DNA from: Lytechinus pictus
Lineage: Eukaryota
DNA length: 64,000 nucleotides
Direction: 5' to 3'
NCBI RefSeq assembly: GCF_037042905.1
Contig: NW_026974140.1
Location: 4,216,001 to 4,280,000 of the forward strand
Part shown: piece after piece, positions 35,764 to 48,055 of the stretch
Position numbering within the stretch: the stretch's first letter is position 1
Layout of the letters: each line of letters starts with the position of its first letter
Program-made: the position numbers and the translations under genes
The notes under the pieces: generated by a model
What the model was told of the DNA's origin: nothing
The model's database searches: none
What the model saw: only the letters and a program-made list of their open reading frames with translations

Positions 35764-36315
35764 CTATGCTTGTAAGACATAATATTCAATCTATAATAGC
35801 AAGCTGTTTCAAGTACATTTGAGGTTTCAGTCTCATAGCGTTGTTTACTCATTAGTTTCACAATCAGATTAAAGCCAAGTTAATGAGAAATAGCTTTGAA
35901 AACACTTGACCTCGTCCAGTGGTTAACTTTGTTTAGACAAACTTTTCGGAAAAAACTCACAATAAACCCCATTGAGGTCTGCCAAGAAATAATAGTGTCA
36001 CACTGATGGAGATTTTCAAAGCAAAAAAAAAATAAATAAAAAATTGCACAGAATTAAAAAAGGAATACAGTACACTGATGTCAGGATGCAAACAGCAAAA
36101 TGATACATGTACACAAGCAAAATTTATATTGATGCTGTGTAAACTGTAAGATATTATTAAGAGTAGGTTAAATTGTACAGTGGACATTATTTATTACACA
36201 ACACTTGACAAATTATTGATCAAGAAAACAGGAGGAGGTACTTATTTTATTGATGTTTTGGTATCAAAATATTCAATAACACATCCTATTGATACAAATG
36301 TAGACCCTGGAGGTA

Positions 36316-36706
36316 GACACTGTTCTCACTACAATTCAAACCTAAAAACTGGAAACAGGTTCAGGAAACCAGTTTGGAAGATCACTTACATGTAGCTGGC
36401 GTTCCCATTTGAACACATGAAAGTGATTTTCAAAACCACTTCATGGAAAGCGATCTTATTGCTTGAGTACGCTCTCAGTTTCGCAAGAAATTTGAAACCG
36501 CAGCGTAGGCATTCTCCACACAACATGTGCGGAGATCGCTTCCCGAAGAGTAGTTGTTGCTAAAACCAGTTTAACGAGGCAAAGCGATCTTGAAAACTAC
36601 AATGTGATTTCTCTAACCGGTTTGGAAGATCGCTTTGAAGATCAATTCGGCCATTCTGATTACAGTTTCCACTAACCAGTTTTAGGACGGTAATGAGTAC
36701 GGGGTC
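36316..36706. mobile_element. Decayed MITE abutting the next element
   Basis: GACACTGTTCTCACTAC..CCTAAAAACTGG mirrored by CCAGTTTTAGG..GTAATGAGTACGGGGTC; internal AACCAGTTT repeats. Confidence 0.55.
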
Positions 36707-36709
36707 TAA

Positions 36710-37531
36710 GGGCGTGTTTGTGCTTCCACTTTTCAGGTCAGAATCAGCGTTTCCATACGTGATTAGTCCAAAACACGGTTGCGTTCATGCTTACTTTCAT
36801 TTACACGACGTTTCAGAACGCCGATCGTAAACTCACAAAAAGGTACGTTTCAAAATGTCGTTTGACCAGAATCAGGGTTTCTGGGTAAGTATAAACAGAA
36901 CCACGATCGTAAACGTCTTTAAATGACGTCATATGTCACATGCTTCCGGTGAGATGAAAATCCGCGGGCAAATACAGCATTTTTCTATCCACGGAATTAC
37001 ATGTACCTCTCATCTCCCTGGTTCTGATAATGACCAATGTACATTTGCATGTGTGATTATTAATTTAAGTACTATCACTACACTCTTCTAATTTGTCATC
37101 ACCATGAATGAGTTATGATGAGGAGACATCGCTGAGCCATAAAGCCCCAGTAAACAGAAAGATGTCTTATTATTTCCTTTATACTTTAATATTCTTTATT
37201 TTGGCTAATTATCATCACCATGGTGGAAATTCTATGGCTATGTCAAGTAGCTCCATGCATTTACCAAAATATCGGAAATTTTTTTATGTTTAAATAATAG
37301 TCGACCACTACACCACTCTGTAAAAATAAACTTTCGATAAAGGGCAAGCTCAATTTGATCTCGCTTTCCTGTTCAACGAAAATTACGATGCGAAGCCAGC
37401 TGGAGATCATGATTTCGCCTCTTAAAAGTTAAGCATAAACAGCACTCCCAGAACCACGTTTACGATCGGCATTCTGAAACGACGTTTCAAAATGCTGATT
37501 CTGTCTACGCAATGGAAGCATAAACACACCC
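36710..37531. mobile_element. Harbinger-like MITE with TAA TSD
   Basis: TAA|GGGCGTGTTTGTGCTTCCA ... TGGAAGCATAAACACACCC|TAA. Confidence 0.78.
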
Positions 37532-37742
37532 TAAATCTACATCAAAATTAAGCCTATAACTTCATCTCAAAAATCATTTTTTTAAATCTCAAAATAACTA
37601 CTTTTAGATCAACCCTGCATGTACATACAGTGTTTATAAAGCTCATCATGGTTCATTAAGTTCCTTTTAAAAACTAATCAGCTGGAAAGCTTACAGAGGC
37701 TTACACAAAAAGCTTTCGGAGAAAATCTTCAGGTTACTATTA

Positions 37743-38141
37743 GGGCCGTCTGTACCAGCCCGAGTTTTCAAAATAGCGTGCTATTCCTGATATGGCAAAT
37801 TATCCCGATCCGAACAATCTAAATATCATTTGTAATGGAGACACAATTATCACACTAGTTCGTTGGATTAATCTCGAGATTGCAATCCCAAGTCAACTTA
37901 GGATTATTTGCAAAATAGCGCTTTATTTTAAGAATTATCACGCTAATTTGCAGGTGCAGACGCACTCGGGACTATTTATTTACGGCATCAGACCATAGTG
38001 CATCGATGCCTCGCTCGAGCAGGAATCGCATTTCCTGCGATGGTAAAGACAGGGTTTCTTGAATCTCAAGATTAATCGCGAAGAGGGCCGATCGGGCTAA
38101 AATCTTGAGATTGAGCAAACTTGGGCTGGTGCAGCACCGCC
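37743..38141. mobile_element. Harbinger-like MITE (decayed)
   Basis: CTGTACCAGCCCGAGTTT mirrored by AAACTTGGGCTGGTGCAG. Confidence 0.6.
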
Positions 38142-38944
38142 TATTGTTATTGAATACAGGATCAACTACATGACTGCTTCATCCTATGACCTAGGTGTAT
38201 ATATGGATGGGCGCCCAGGTTGTAAATAAATTGCATGCATGTGACAATATTATCAACTTTATATACATTTGAACTGAATAAGATTACATGTACAGTGTAA
38301 TTAGATCTCATTTGCATTTTATTTTGAATTTTTTAATGTATTTTTTTCATTCATAATTGTATTCAATAAAATATTTTTCATTCATTCATTCTTCAATCAT
38401 TCAATCATCATTCATTCATTCATTCTCATTATTTAATAAATTTTTAGTAATGTATTTGCTTTATTTTTTTATTTCAATTTTCATTTATATGAATATTTTA
38501 TCTTATTCAGGAGAGGGGGGAGGGTCTGTTAATCAGCTTCCTTCAACCCACGATACTTTTCTCTGCTCCGACACTAACATATCACACACAAAAACGTCTT
38601 GCCTCTTTTTATAGGTCACCCAGCTACATGCTCTGATAATACCCATACATCGACGTCATTCTGTCCAAACATACTGTCAAATTGGAATGCTATTTTAAAG
38701 CCGATTTAGTTTTAAACCCCTTAACTCAGCTTTTCATATAAGGTTTCTCCCTGTGACTGCACATGTTGAAGCGATGTTGTCAGGATTCAACCTTCTAGTG
38801 AAAGTGAAATCTTAAGTGGCCAATTGCATGAAAGGGTCTTTCCAAGGAAAGTCTAATATGTCGCATACATGTATCTTTTAAGATGTGCTGTATACGGGAT
38901 ATTTCTGACATTTATGATAAACAAATATTTTAGCTAGCTTTTAA

Positions 38945-39559
38945 AGGTCAAGTCCACCTCACAAAAATGTTGATATATAAATCAATAGAAAAAATCAGAC
39001 AAGCATATTAAATGCTGAAAATTTCATCAAAATTGGACATAAAATAAGCAAATTATGATATTTTTTATTTTCACTTATTTTTCACAAAATACATGTAGTT
39101 GCACAATTTAGTCACGTAAAAATGAGAATCGATTATTTCCCTAATTTCTTTGGTTTTTTATTGTTTGAATTACACAATATTTCAATTTTTACAGATTTGA
39201 CAATAAGGACCAACTTGACTGAACCATAAAATGTTAAATAATGGTGATTCCACATGTTCAGGGAGAAATTATAAAACTTTGTTTCACAGGACAAAGGGGA
39301 GAAAATTAGAATATTTCATATTTTATATACATGTAATAATATACAACAGAAAAAATTAGTGAGTGAGTGATGTCATCAGTTCCCTCATTTGCATACCAAC
39401 TGGTACATGTATGTGCATAACTGTTTTGTGAAATTAAGCGAAACTTTAAAATGTCATGTAACTTTCTTATTTTACGTCCGATTTTGATGAAATTTTCAGT
39501 GTTATGCTTTGATTTTTTTTTAAATTCAAATCTATTTTTTGCTGGTATGGACTTGCCCT
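38945..39559. mobile_element. Kolobok/T2-type MITE (TTAA TSD, AGG termini)
   Basis: TTAA|AGGTCAAGTCCA ... TGGACTTGCCCT|TTAA with long imperfect inverted arms. Confidence 0.8.
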
Positions 39560-39929
39560 TTAAATCAATTTTTGCACAATTTCACGATATACATGTACAA
39601 TATCACATCATTTTATAACAAAGATTTTGTTTACTTTTAATGGATGAATGAAATATGTTAGCAGGTAAATTATTTAAAATGAACGCACGATAATGCCACA
39701 ATTTGGAAGCTGCTTTGCAGCCGCTGGCAATCTTTGTCATGAAAAAGTGTCCCTGGGAAATTGGGATCTAGGACCGATTGCAAGGAAGGGTCTTTGCAAG
39801 GAACGTCTTTCATGTAGCCAATTATGACGTGGAGTATGAAATGCCTCTTTCATAAAGTTCCTGCAAACGTATTTTATTCATGAATCTGTTTAAATGAACA
39901 AATTACATTGTTTACAGATGTAATATTTT

Positions 39930-40527
39930 ATATGTCATTATAAAAAATTGATTTAAAAGTGAGCTAGATCTAACGTTAAGCCTAAATAATGTGAATAGTT
40001 TATAAGGATTCCCCAAACTGTTCATTCTGTGGAAGAGACCCTGAATGAAACAATTGTACATATTTTTTGTGATTGACCGGTTGTTAATATTGTGTGGGAT
40101 GATCTTATATCTAGTATAATAAACCAAAAACAACAATCGAATATTATCATTTCCTCCTTTGTAAAGATATTTGGTATTCAAGGTGATAATTTTTTAACAT
40201 TCTTTTTCCTTGCTTTCAAATACTATGTTCACTTTTGTAAATTTAATAACAAAACCCCCAATATTGTGGAATTCAAAGCTCGTATCAAAGGCATTAAGGA
40301 TATTGAATATTTTTTGGCGAAGAAAAATGGTAAATTACCTGCACATTCTGAAAATGGAGATTTGATATTAAATTAGTCTTAATATATAAAGTATCTGTCT
40401 CTACAAAGTTATAAATTAGTGCTGCTCTGTTTAATCATGTACATGTAAATAGCTTGTTGATTAGTTTGATTTATTATATTGTAATTTATACTTTGATCAA
40501 TAAAGATTGAAAGAAAAAAAAGAAAGA
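39930..40527 (+). mobile_element. 3' fragment of a Tx1/L1-group LINE
   Basis: Decayed zf-RVT-like CSFC..ETIVHIFCD..VW motif, then KYYVHFCK..IEYFLAKK; AATAAA plus A-rich tail. Confidence 0.7.
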
Positions 40528-40959
40528 ATAGTTTATAGGCCTAATTCATTTGTAATTACTAGGAACTAAAAATACACACACAGCACATTATGGGCGACAC
40601 GAAAGACGTTACTTGCAAATGCAAATACCTGTAGTGACGTGCACTTTTATATAGTTTCCTCATTCGCTATCCATATGGTTACGTATATGTACGTATTCCC
40701 TTTTGGCGAGCCATACCACTTTGCCTCTTGTCACGGCTCACGGGTTCCCTATGTAAAGCTGAGTCACTGTGTAGGTTAGTTGTTGTTCTGAGTCGATTTC
40801 GAATGGATCCAACGCTGAAAGCGTATAGTGGCCTGCGGAATTAACATACCCCGGCAGAACATACAGCGTCCAGCTAGGATCACAGAGCGCTCTGCAACGC
40901 AATGGCAGCTTCCAATCGCTTCAAGTTCTGAGCTCCAACCAGGTCTTCCAATCTCCAAG

Positions 40960-42000
40960 TACCCAGAGATCCATTATTAAGGAGAGCTAGTAAAGCAACC
41001 AAGGACGCGTTTAAGAGAGGAGTTCGTGATGCGAAAAATGCAGGCAACATCAAGGTGCTTCATGAAATTTCACAAGAATTCGTGCCCCATTCAATGTAGT
41101 GAAGGGCTGGATTTACCATTTTAAAAGAAGGAAGAGGAAAGGGAGGGCCGGACTGGAACCCGCTGCACATCTCATACGGTTTTCATGTCTGAATACATTG
41201 CCAATCATTCGGAAATGCAACAAGGGAGGAGAGGAAAATTAATGAAAAGGGCCCACAAGAAATGGAAGAGAATTAAAGGGACTCCAGATGAAGACGTCTA
41301 CAAAACAAAAGCTAATGAGCTACGAATGGCCATGAAAGGAAAGCCACTGACAGAAAAATGCAAAAAAGGCATCTCAAGATGAAAGAAGTAAGTACTGACT
41401 TGCCCTTGACATCTCAAGATGAAATAAGTACTGACTTGCCCCCGACATCTCAAGATGAAATAAGTACTGATCAAGGAAGACTTGATGGTTTAGCCGAATC
41501 ATTTTGAATACTGCTATTGGTATTATTTTCTCGGATAAAGTTTTAGTTTATAGATATATTGTATATGTTAGATATCTATGCTTTGTTTTCTCGGATAAAG
41601 TTTTAGTTTGCATATTTATTACATCGTATGTTAGATATCTATGCTTTGAAAAAAAAGAAAAAAAAAGAAGATAAAATAAAAGAATACATGTATCTATGTA
41701 TACATGTCATACATACATTCCTAATCGGTACTGGAAGACGTGAAAACATTCAAGAATGGAGAATAAACAAGGTTAGGTGCGGTTTGACAACAATGGATAG
41801 ATTAGTATGGACAAAGATGGAGTAACCCAACAACAAGAAGCTAAATGTGTAAGGAACTTAATGTGGCAGCAACTATCGAGCTACTTTACCCCGAGAACCT
41901 ATCCATTTCTTTTTTCTTTGGGTTACCCAACATACGGGGCACATATAAGTATTCATGGTCATAGCCTGAATCGGCAGTACATGCCCCATGATACCACTCC
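40960..42000 (+). pseudogene. Frameshifted homeodomain-like + HMG-box-like gene remnant, probably transposon cargo
   Basis: Pieces across frames: IHY*GELVKQ / KDAFKRGV..HEISQEF / PFNVVKGWIYHFKRRKRK, then RCTSHTVFMSEY..LMKRAHKKWK..DVYKTKANE. Confidence 0.5.
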
Positions 42001-43501
42001 AGGCACCTCTCAGTATCAGACTGTATCATTAGCCGCCCATCGTCTGGCTTTCGGCATGCAGAGGCAATAAGCATCGTTGCTGGTGGGGCGGGAGCCACTA
42101 GATGTAGGCACCTCCTTTCTACGTAAGAACGAGATATCGCTCAACTGTTTCACAAAGCCGATTTGGGCGATACGAAGAATGGTCCTTGGAAAGACACCTC
42201 CAGACATACGTCCTACGTAGGCATGATCTTCGGCATTGAGAGAAAATGCGTTTATGGCAACCACACTGACATATCACCTTTAAACATTTTTGGGGGTTGC
42301 ACACTGATGCATTTTATCTGGGATAGCGCCAAGTTATTTTTTATATGGGAGCTAGTTGTCATCAATTTCAGGTCGTCTTTTAGCACGGCAAGACGACCAA
42401 AAACAGATGTCATTTTAACTTCTCCGAGCATTAGGTCCGGGGGTAATGTATAGGCCCAAATATTTTTTAATATGTTTTCTTTTATTCTCCATCCTATCCC
42501 CACATCATTTCCATAATTTTTTTTTGAAATATCGAAATGGGCGGCACTATCTCTCTGACCCCTCATACTTTCTCATTATAGATAATTAAACAACATGAAA
42601 ACAAATTTCTTTAAAAGAAATTATGTAAGGTAAAAAACGCGTTTATAACGTTCAGCAAAAAAAAAACACGATACAAAACTAAAATGTTAAACATGGTAAA
42701 TCATTCATTCATTTTTATTTCATTTTCATTATAATTATTTTCTTTTTGCTGAGATTAGTTTTAATCAAGGAAAATTAACTGTCGGATTTGGGCTAACTTG
42801 AGATGTGAAACAGTGAAACAAAACAAAAAATCTGCAGTAACAAAATAGCTATAATTGACAGATTAGGCCTAGGCCTATAGCTTACGAATCCATCACAATT
42901 ATTACGAATGAAGATAAGCTAGTTCATTAAAGAAAAGGTTATGGAAAGTCCATACGAAGAGGCGCATTTTAAATCGTAGGGTAGGCCCCTTTCGGCCCCT
43001 ATGTAATGTTAAAGCAATAATGTATAGTCTCTACTCCTCAACTTTGAAATGTTGAACATATATATTTTTTATATTCTTAAACCTTATATTCTTATATACG
43101 GTAAGCTTCCATATATTAAGTGATCAACTTTAAAGATGACCAACGTTTATGATCATTGTAATATTTAGCATTATTTCTGTAAATAGTATTTTTTCCATTG
43201 CGGATTGCACATCTTTTTCTATGTTTTAATTGTTATTGCAAAGCACTACTTTATCCACTTGGACATGTTTGCAGCAATTTTCATATTTTCCTTGTCTTCG
43301 GTTACTCATCATGCAACTGAGGTATGATTATACACTAAAGACTCACATTTGTATTTCTTGCGTTATATCTGACAAATAAAATAAATAAATTAGATTTTTC
43401 ACAGGCAGCCTCTCATATTTTCCTTCTTAGTCTCATACAATCAGACACTGTTGGTTTTGTTTACTCCATTCAAACCCTATTTTTACCTCAACAGATATTA
43501 A

Positions 43502-43896
43502 AGAGAAATTCCAGTAGTTGCAGTAAACACTGATTTCATGAGAAAGTCTGTAAAACCAGGCTTAATTGTCAGTATATCATCGAGGATCTAGATCTGGTAC
43601 AGTTACATAAACTGAACTTTGTGAAATCTTGAAATTTACGCTGAATAATGTTCAGACTGAACTTCCCCAACACAGATAAGCGCACGTGGGACAGTGTATA
43701 ATTATTGCTTTGAGCGTCGGGCCCGACGCTCTACCCGAATCCTGTGCTTATTTGCTGATTTCTCAGCAATTACACAATTTCTTCCAGAATCCTTTGGCAC
43801 ATGCGTTTTATTTATACAAACAGACACATTGGTGGTCATTTCATTGGATTCTGTACGAACTCATTTTGATATCGTTACCAAAACTAGCATTTACCT
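43502..43896. mobile_element. Kolobok/T2-type MITE, copy 1
   Basis: TTAA on both flanks; homologous to 46660-47050. Confidence 0.78.
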
Positions 43897-44409
43897 TTAA
43901 CGCATAATTTGCAAAATCATCATTATATATATGTGTATTCTATAAAAAAATCAGTATATTGAACTAATAAAATGTCGAAATTACTTAGTTAAATCAATTT
44001 TATGTCGGACAAGGGTCTCTTTCGTTGAAATATCAATGGAAGGTGTCTCTAAAAAGACACCCATGTTCTAAATAAGGGAAATAATGAAAATTTCGATTTT
44101 ATCCATTAGTTATGTTTGTGAATCTTGAAAGTTTTTTCTCTCTTTAACTCATGATAAAGTACGCTCCATACATCAATTCTACAATCAGTAATAAATAAAA
44201 CATTATTTTATCCCCTTTTATTGAAATATATGACTTTATGATAAGTCGTCATTCCGAAATAAAAGGTTCAGGTGACGATGAAGACTAAATATTTTTCCGA
44301 TACTATCGATATCAAACGATGTCGCGGACTTGAAAGACAAAATTGCCTTCGTGAAACGGAAAGCGCTGATTTGTCACCAATCTTTCTATCTCGGAAGAAT
44401 GGTCCTAGG

Positions 44410-44445
44410 CATAGAGATGTATACTATTACTAATATATCTCTATG
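44410..44445. mobile_element. 36-bp minimal hAT-like element
   Basis: TIR CATAGAGAT/ATCTCTATG; perfect 8-bp TSD GTCCTAGG. Confidence 0.75.
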
Positions 44446-46659
44446 GTCCTAGGACGTTCCTACATGTATGGCAGTGAGTCCAAACTTCGCGGACGGTCAT
44501 TATCTAAGAAACTAGCCAATATCCTTAAAATCTGACATCATCAACGTGAAAAGCGACCTAAAATTACCATTTGGTGTAAGTTTCTTTAGGATGAGTTCAG
44601 TATTCATGAAAATATTGGCAAAAGATCGGCAAATTTGTCACCGTTAGCGCCCGTTTTGAAGAAATCTGATATTCTCAACAAGCATCACGATATCACCATT
44701 TTGCAAGCAGAAATCATCAAACATGTGAGTTAAATGTGGTACTAACCGATTCTATAGCATTTTGCCGTCAATCTGATATAAATATGATACTTTTTGAGCT
44801 TGAGTTTTTGTTTAAATGTCCACAAAAACTTTGGTCTGCGAAGTTAGGTCACACTTTTTCTGAACGCTTTTCCAGCACAGCGCGCATTCGCCGATCGGAA
44901 TAGAATTTTGAGATCGCGATACCGGCGAATCCCCTTGACCTACTTTACATTTTCGTCCGTGATTTTATAGTTTACGATCTTGCCGTCAATGTGGTAACTA
45001 TTTCTTGAATTGGTTTTGTATAAATTATGAATATTTTGTGAAAAATTTTAAGCCTGATGAATATTTTTGAAAAGTGCGCGAAGTTTGGACACCCCATCAT
45101 AGTCATACGTATCGCTCATCTCGTCATGCAACACAGGCCACTGGGCTATGCCTGGCTATGGCACGGAGTGAGCGGCCGCGGCATGCGGCAACAGATGCCC
45201 CTTCATTCTTCTCCACGTTCTCCTGGCCTGCTCAACTTACATTCTCAATTTGATTACACGGCAAATAATACCCTAGTGGTCTTCAAAAAGTGGTACAAAT
45301 AACACTTACTACTTTTACACAAGCTCTTTCTTTAACATCACTTCGGATTCAGCAGATCCTCAGCCTGAAACATTTATGGACAGAGCAGAAGTAGTCAAGT
45401 ACCGGTACCAGTCCGCCCGTTCCCGTTGTTTGTTTATGTCTGATTGTAGTCTGCTTGAAAGAGTTTTTGTTTCTTTTAGAGTAAATTAACAATAGGTACT
45501 TTCCTTTCGTACGTAAGGAATAATATTTTGTTCAATCTTACAAATCAACAAAATCATCGTTTATGTAATTTGATGACTACCTCCAATGACTAGTCCCTAC
45601 ATAGTGTGTAACAAATTCATTTTGTATATCCTTTTCTGAGCTTAATTGCAAAGTACAGTCTAGTATGAGTACCGTATCGGTAATAGGGTGGGGCCATAAA
45701 AGTTGTTCTTGAGCGAGCTGACGATTCTTTCCCGGCAAAAGCAAGCTTATGTAAGTTTTGCCCAACCTTTGCCCAAATTTATAAAAAAATGATAACAACA
45801 ATAGAATAATAATGATGATAATAATAATTATGAGAAGAATATAAGAATATAGTAGTATTAATCAGTAATAACAAAAATATTATTATTATCAATCCAGCTA
45901 GTCATAATTCATATATCAATGATGTAAACCATCCTTAACATATTATCCCGGGGGGGGGGGGGGGGGGGGGGCAGTCAAATATATTGCTGTACACACACAC
46001 GTGACCAAAAAAAGCATTTAAAGGGTTTTATTTTCAGTTTTGGACGCGGGCCGCGTGCACTCGTTAAGGGTATCAAAAACACCGATTTAAAAAAAAAAGG
46101 GGTAGTTTTGAAAAACTGGTCAATGGTCAATCGCAGGGTCAAACGTATTTAGGGTGTGTTTTTTTTTCCAAAGCTTTTTTTTTAAGACTAGCCAATTGTG
46201 TTTAGGGTATTTTTTTTCCCAAAGCTTTTACCCCGGGGTCATATTCTTAATTGCGACAACTTGTTTAGGGGCCAAAATAAAATAAAGCCTGCAAAAAACT
46301 TGTTTGGGCCGGGGGTAATTTTGCACACAGAGAAACTCTTTTAGAGTGTGTTTGGAAGTAATTTGGCCATGCATGTGTACAATGCAGCAATACATGGCCC
46401 TCCTTGCAGGCATATTATCTGCTAAGCAGCTCTTGATACTCCCTCTAATTCTCTCTCAGACACCGTATCAACAAAATCAACACATTCAGATCTATATAGA
46501 GGGAGAACCATGCATGCAGCCCTCTGCTCGTAGATGAGGCTACCCGGCAACAATGAAAGAGAAGGCACTAGGCCTCATTCCCGCTTCTCCTGGATGTGTG
46601 ATGACAGTGTTCTCCTTCTTGTCAGATTTTGTTAAATCTGTATAACCAATCATGTTTAA

Positions 46660-47050
46660 AGGTAAAAGATAGTAGTTGTAGCACTGCTGAACAATTATTT
46701 CATTGAGAAAGTCTTAAACTCAAGGTTCAAGGGATTATAATGCCACCATGTTATCTATAGATCTAGTTCTGGTACATTGAAATAAACTTATCTTCGTGAA
46801 ATCATAAAATCTAAAACCAGTGTAGTTCTGATGATCACTAACACAAAAAGGCATAGGACATATTGTTTGGAAAAATACCCCACTAACATTTTATGGAATT
46901 TCGTGCTTACTTTGTTCATTTCTCAGCAATTACACATTTTTTTTCCAGAGCCATTTGGCACATATTTTCTATTCATACACACAAACACTTAGGTGGTCAT
47001 TTTTCTGATCGAACTCATTTTGAGATTGTTACCATACTTGGTATTTATCT
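46660..47050. mobile_element. Kolobok/T2-type MITE, diverged copy 2
   Basis: TTAA flanks; shares TTCTCAGCAATTACACA and GAACTCATTTTGA with copy 1. Confidence 0.72.
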
Positions 47051-47542
47051 TTAAGTGATGATACTCAATTATTTGCTATTTTCTTACTATGATTTTTTTT
47101 CGTTATTTCTTACCACCAAGAGAATTTCTTCCCAAAATGTTGCTTTTAATTTTTTTTCTGGGTCCCCCTCATTTATTAATTTGAATAAAAGTTCCTGGTA
47201 TTCATCAAAATTCATCTGGAGATATATTATAGGATCTCATGCATGTATTTAAAGCCTCACTTTATTCGCAACCAAGCGAGTATATGTTCTGCCTGCACAT
47301 ATTGGACTTTCATACACATATTTCCCAAGTTTTATATCTTCACTAATGCAGCAAAAGTAAGTTTGAGCAATGTCTCTGTGACTTTGAACCCTGAGATCTT
47401 TTCCATGAAGCAAATTATTTCAATATGCCAAAAAGATAATAAATATCGGTGATCGTTTCCCTACATCATGCATAATGAGAGATGATCGATATCATTGCAT
47501 GGGTTCTCTTTGGTTGCAAAGCTCCAAGGCCACCACACATAA

Positions 47543-48055
47543 GGTGTGTTCAATGCCAATTTTCAAATTCAAACAGCAACATGAAATATGATTGAAAATG
47601 CTATTACAAAATGTGAATATGTGAAACAAAGGTGTGCTCAATGTTCCCCAATCCCTTTCATAAAGGTAAATGTCTTTCAGATCACGATTTGGAGGAAAAT
47701 TTAAATGTCAAAAAAGATGTTTGGAAACATGATCAGCTCAGATTTTATGACCTTCAGCATCGCGAATGCAACATTGAACACGACTGAGTTTTTAAATGTC
47801 TTTTAATTTGCTCTCGCAGTGAAAGCCTACACAAAAACCTGCCAGAATGGACCTTTCTTGTGATGGGTCCAACTCCGCCATAAAGCTGCGCTAACAAAAG
47901 CAGCAATTTTAAAGATGATTGACAGACAAACAGCTTTATATTTTCAACACTGAACGGTGCACCCTGATCGTGTTTGTGTTCGGTGTTTTGTAATAGTTTT
48001 TTCAATCATGACTCATGTTGCTGTTTAAATTAAAAAATAGACATAGAACACACCC
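47543..48055. mobile_element. Harbinger-like MITE with TAA TSD
   Basis: ~70-bp imperfect TIR GGTGTGTTC..AACAGCAACATGA..TGATTGAAAA..CTATTACAAAA. Confidence 0.75.

Noticed and set aside
46056-46062. Metal response element TGCACTC between ATP7 and OCA2
   Set aside because: A single 7-mer inside a MITE, downstream of ATP7; expected by chance.
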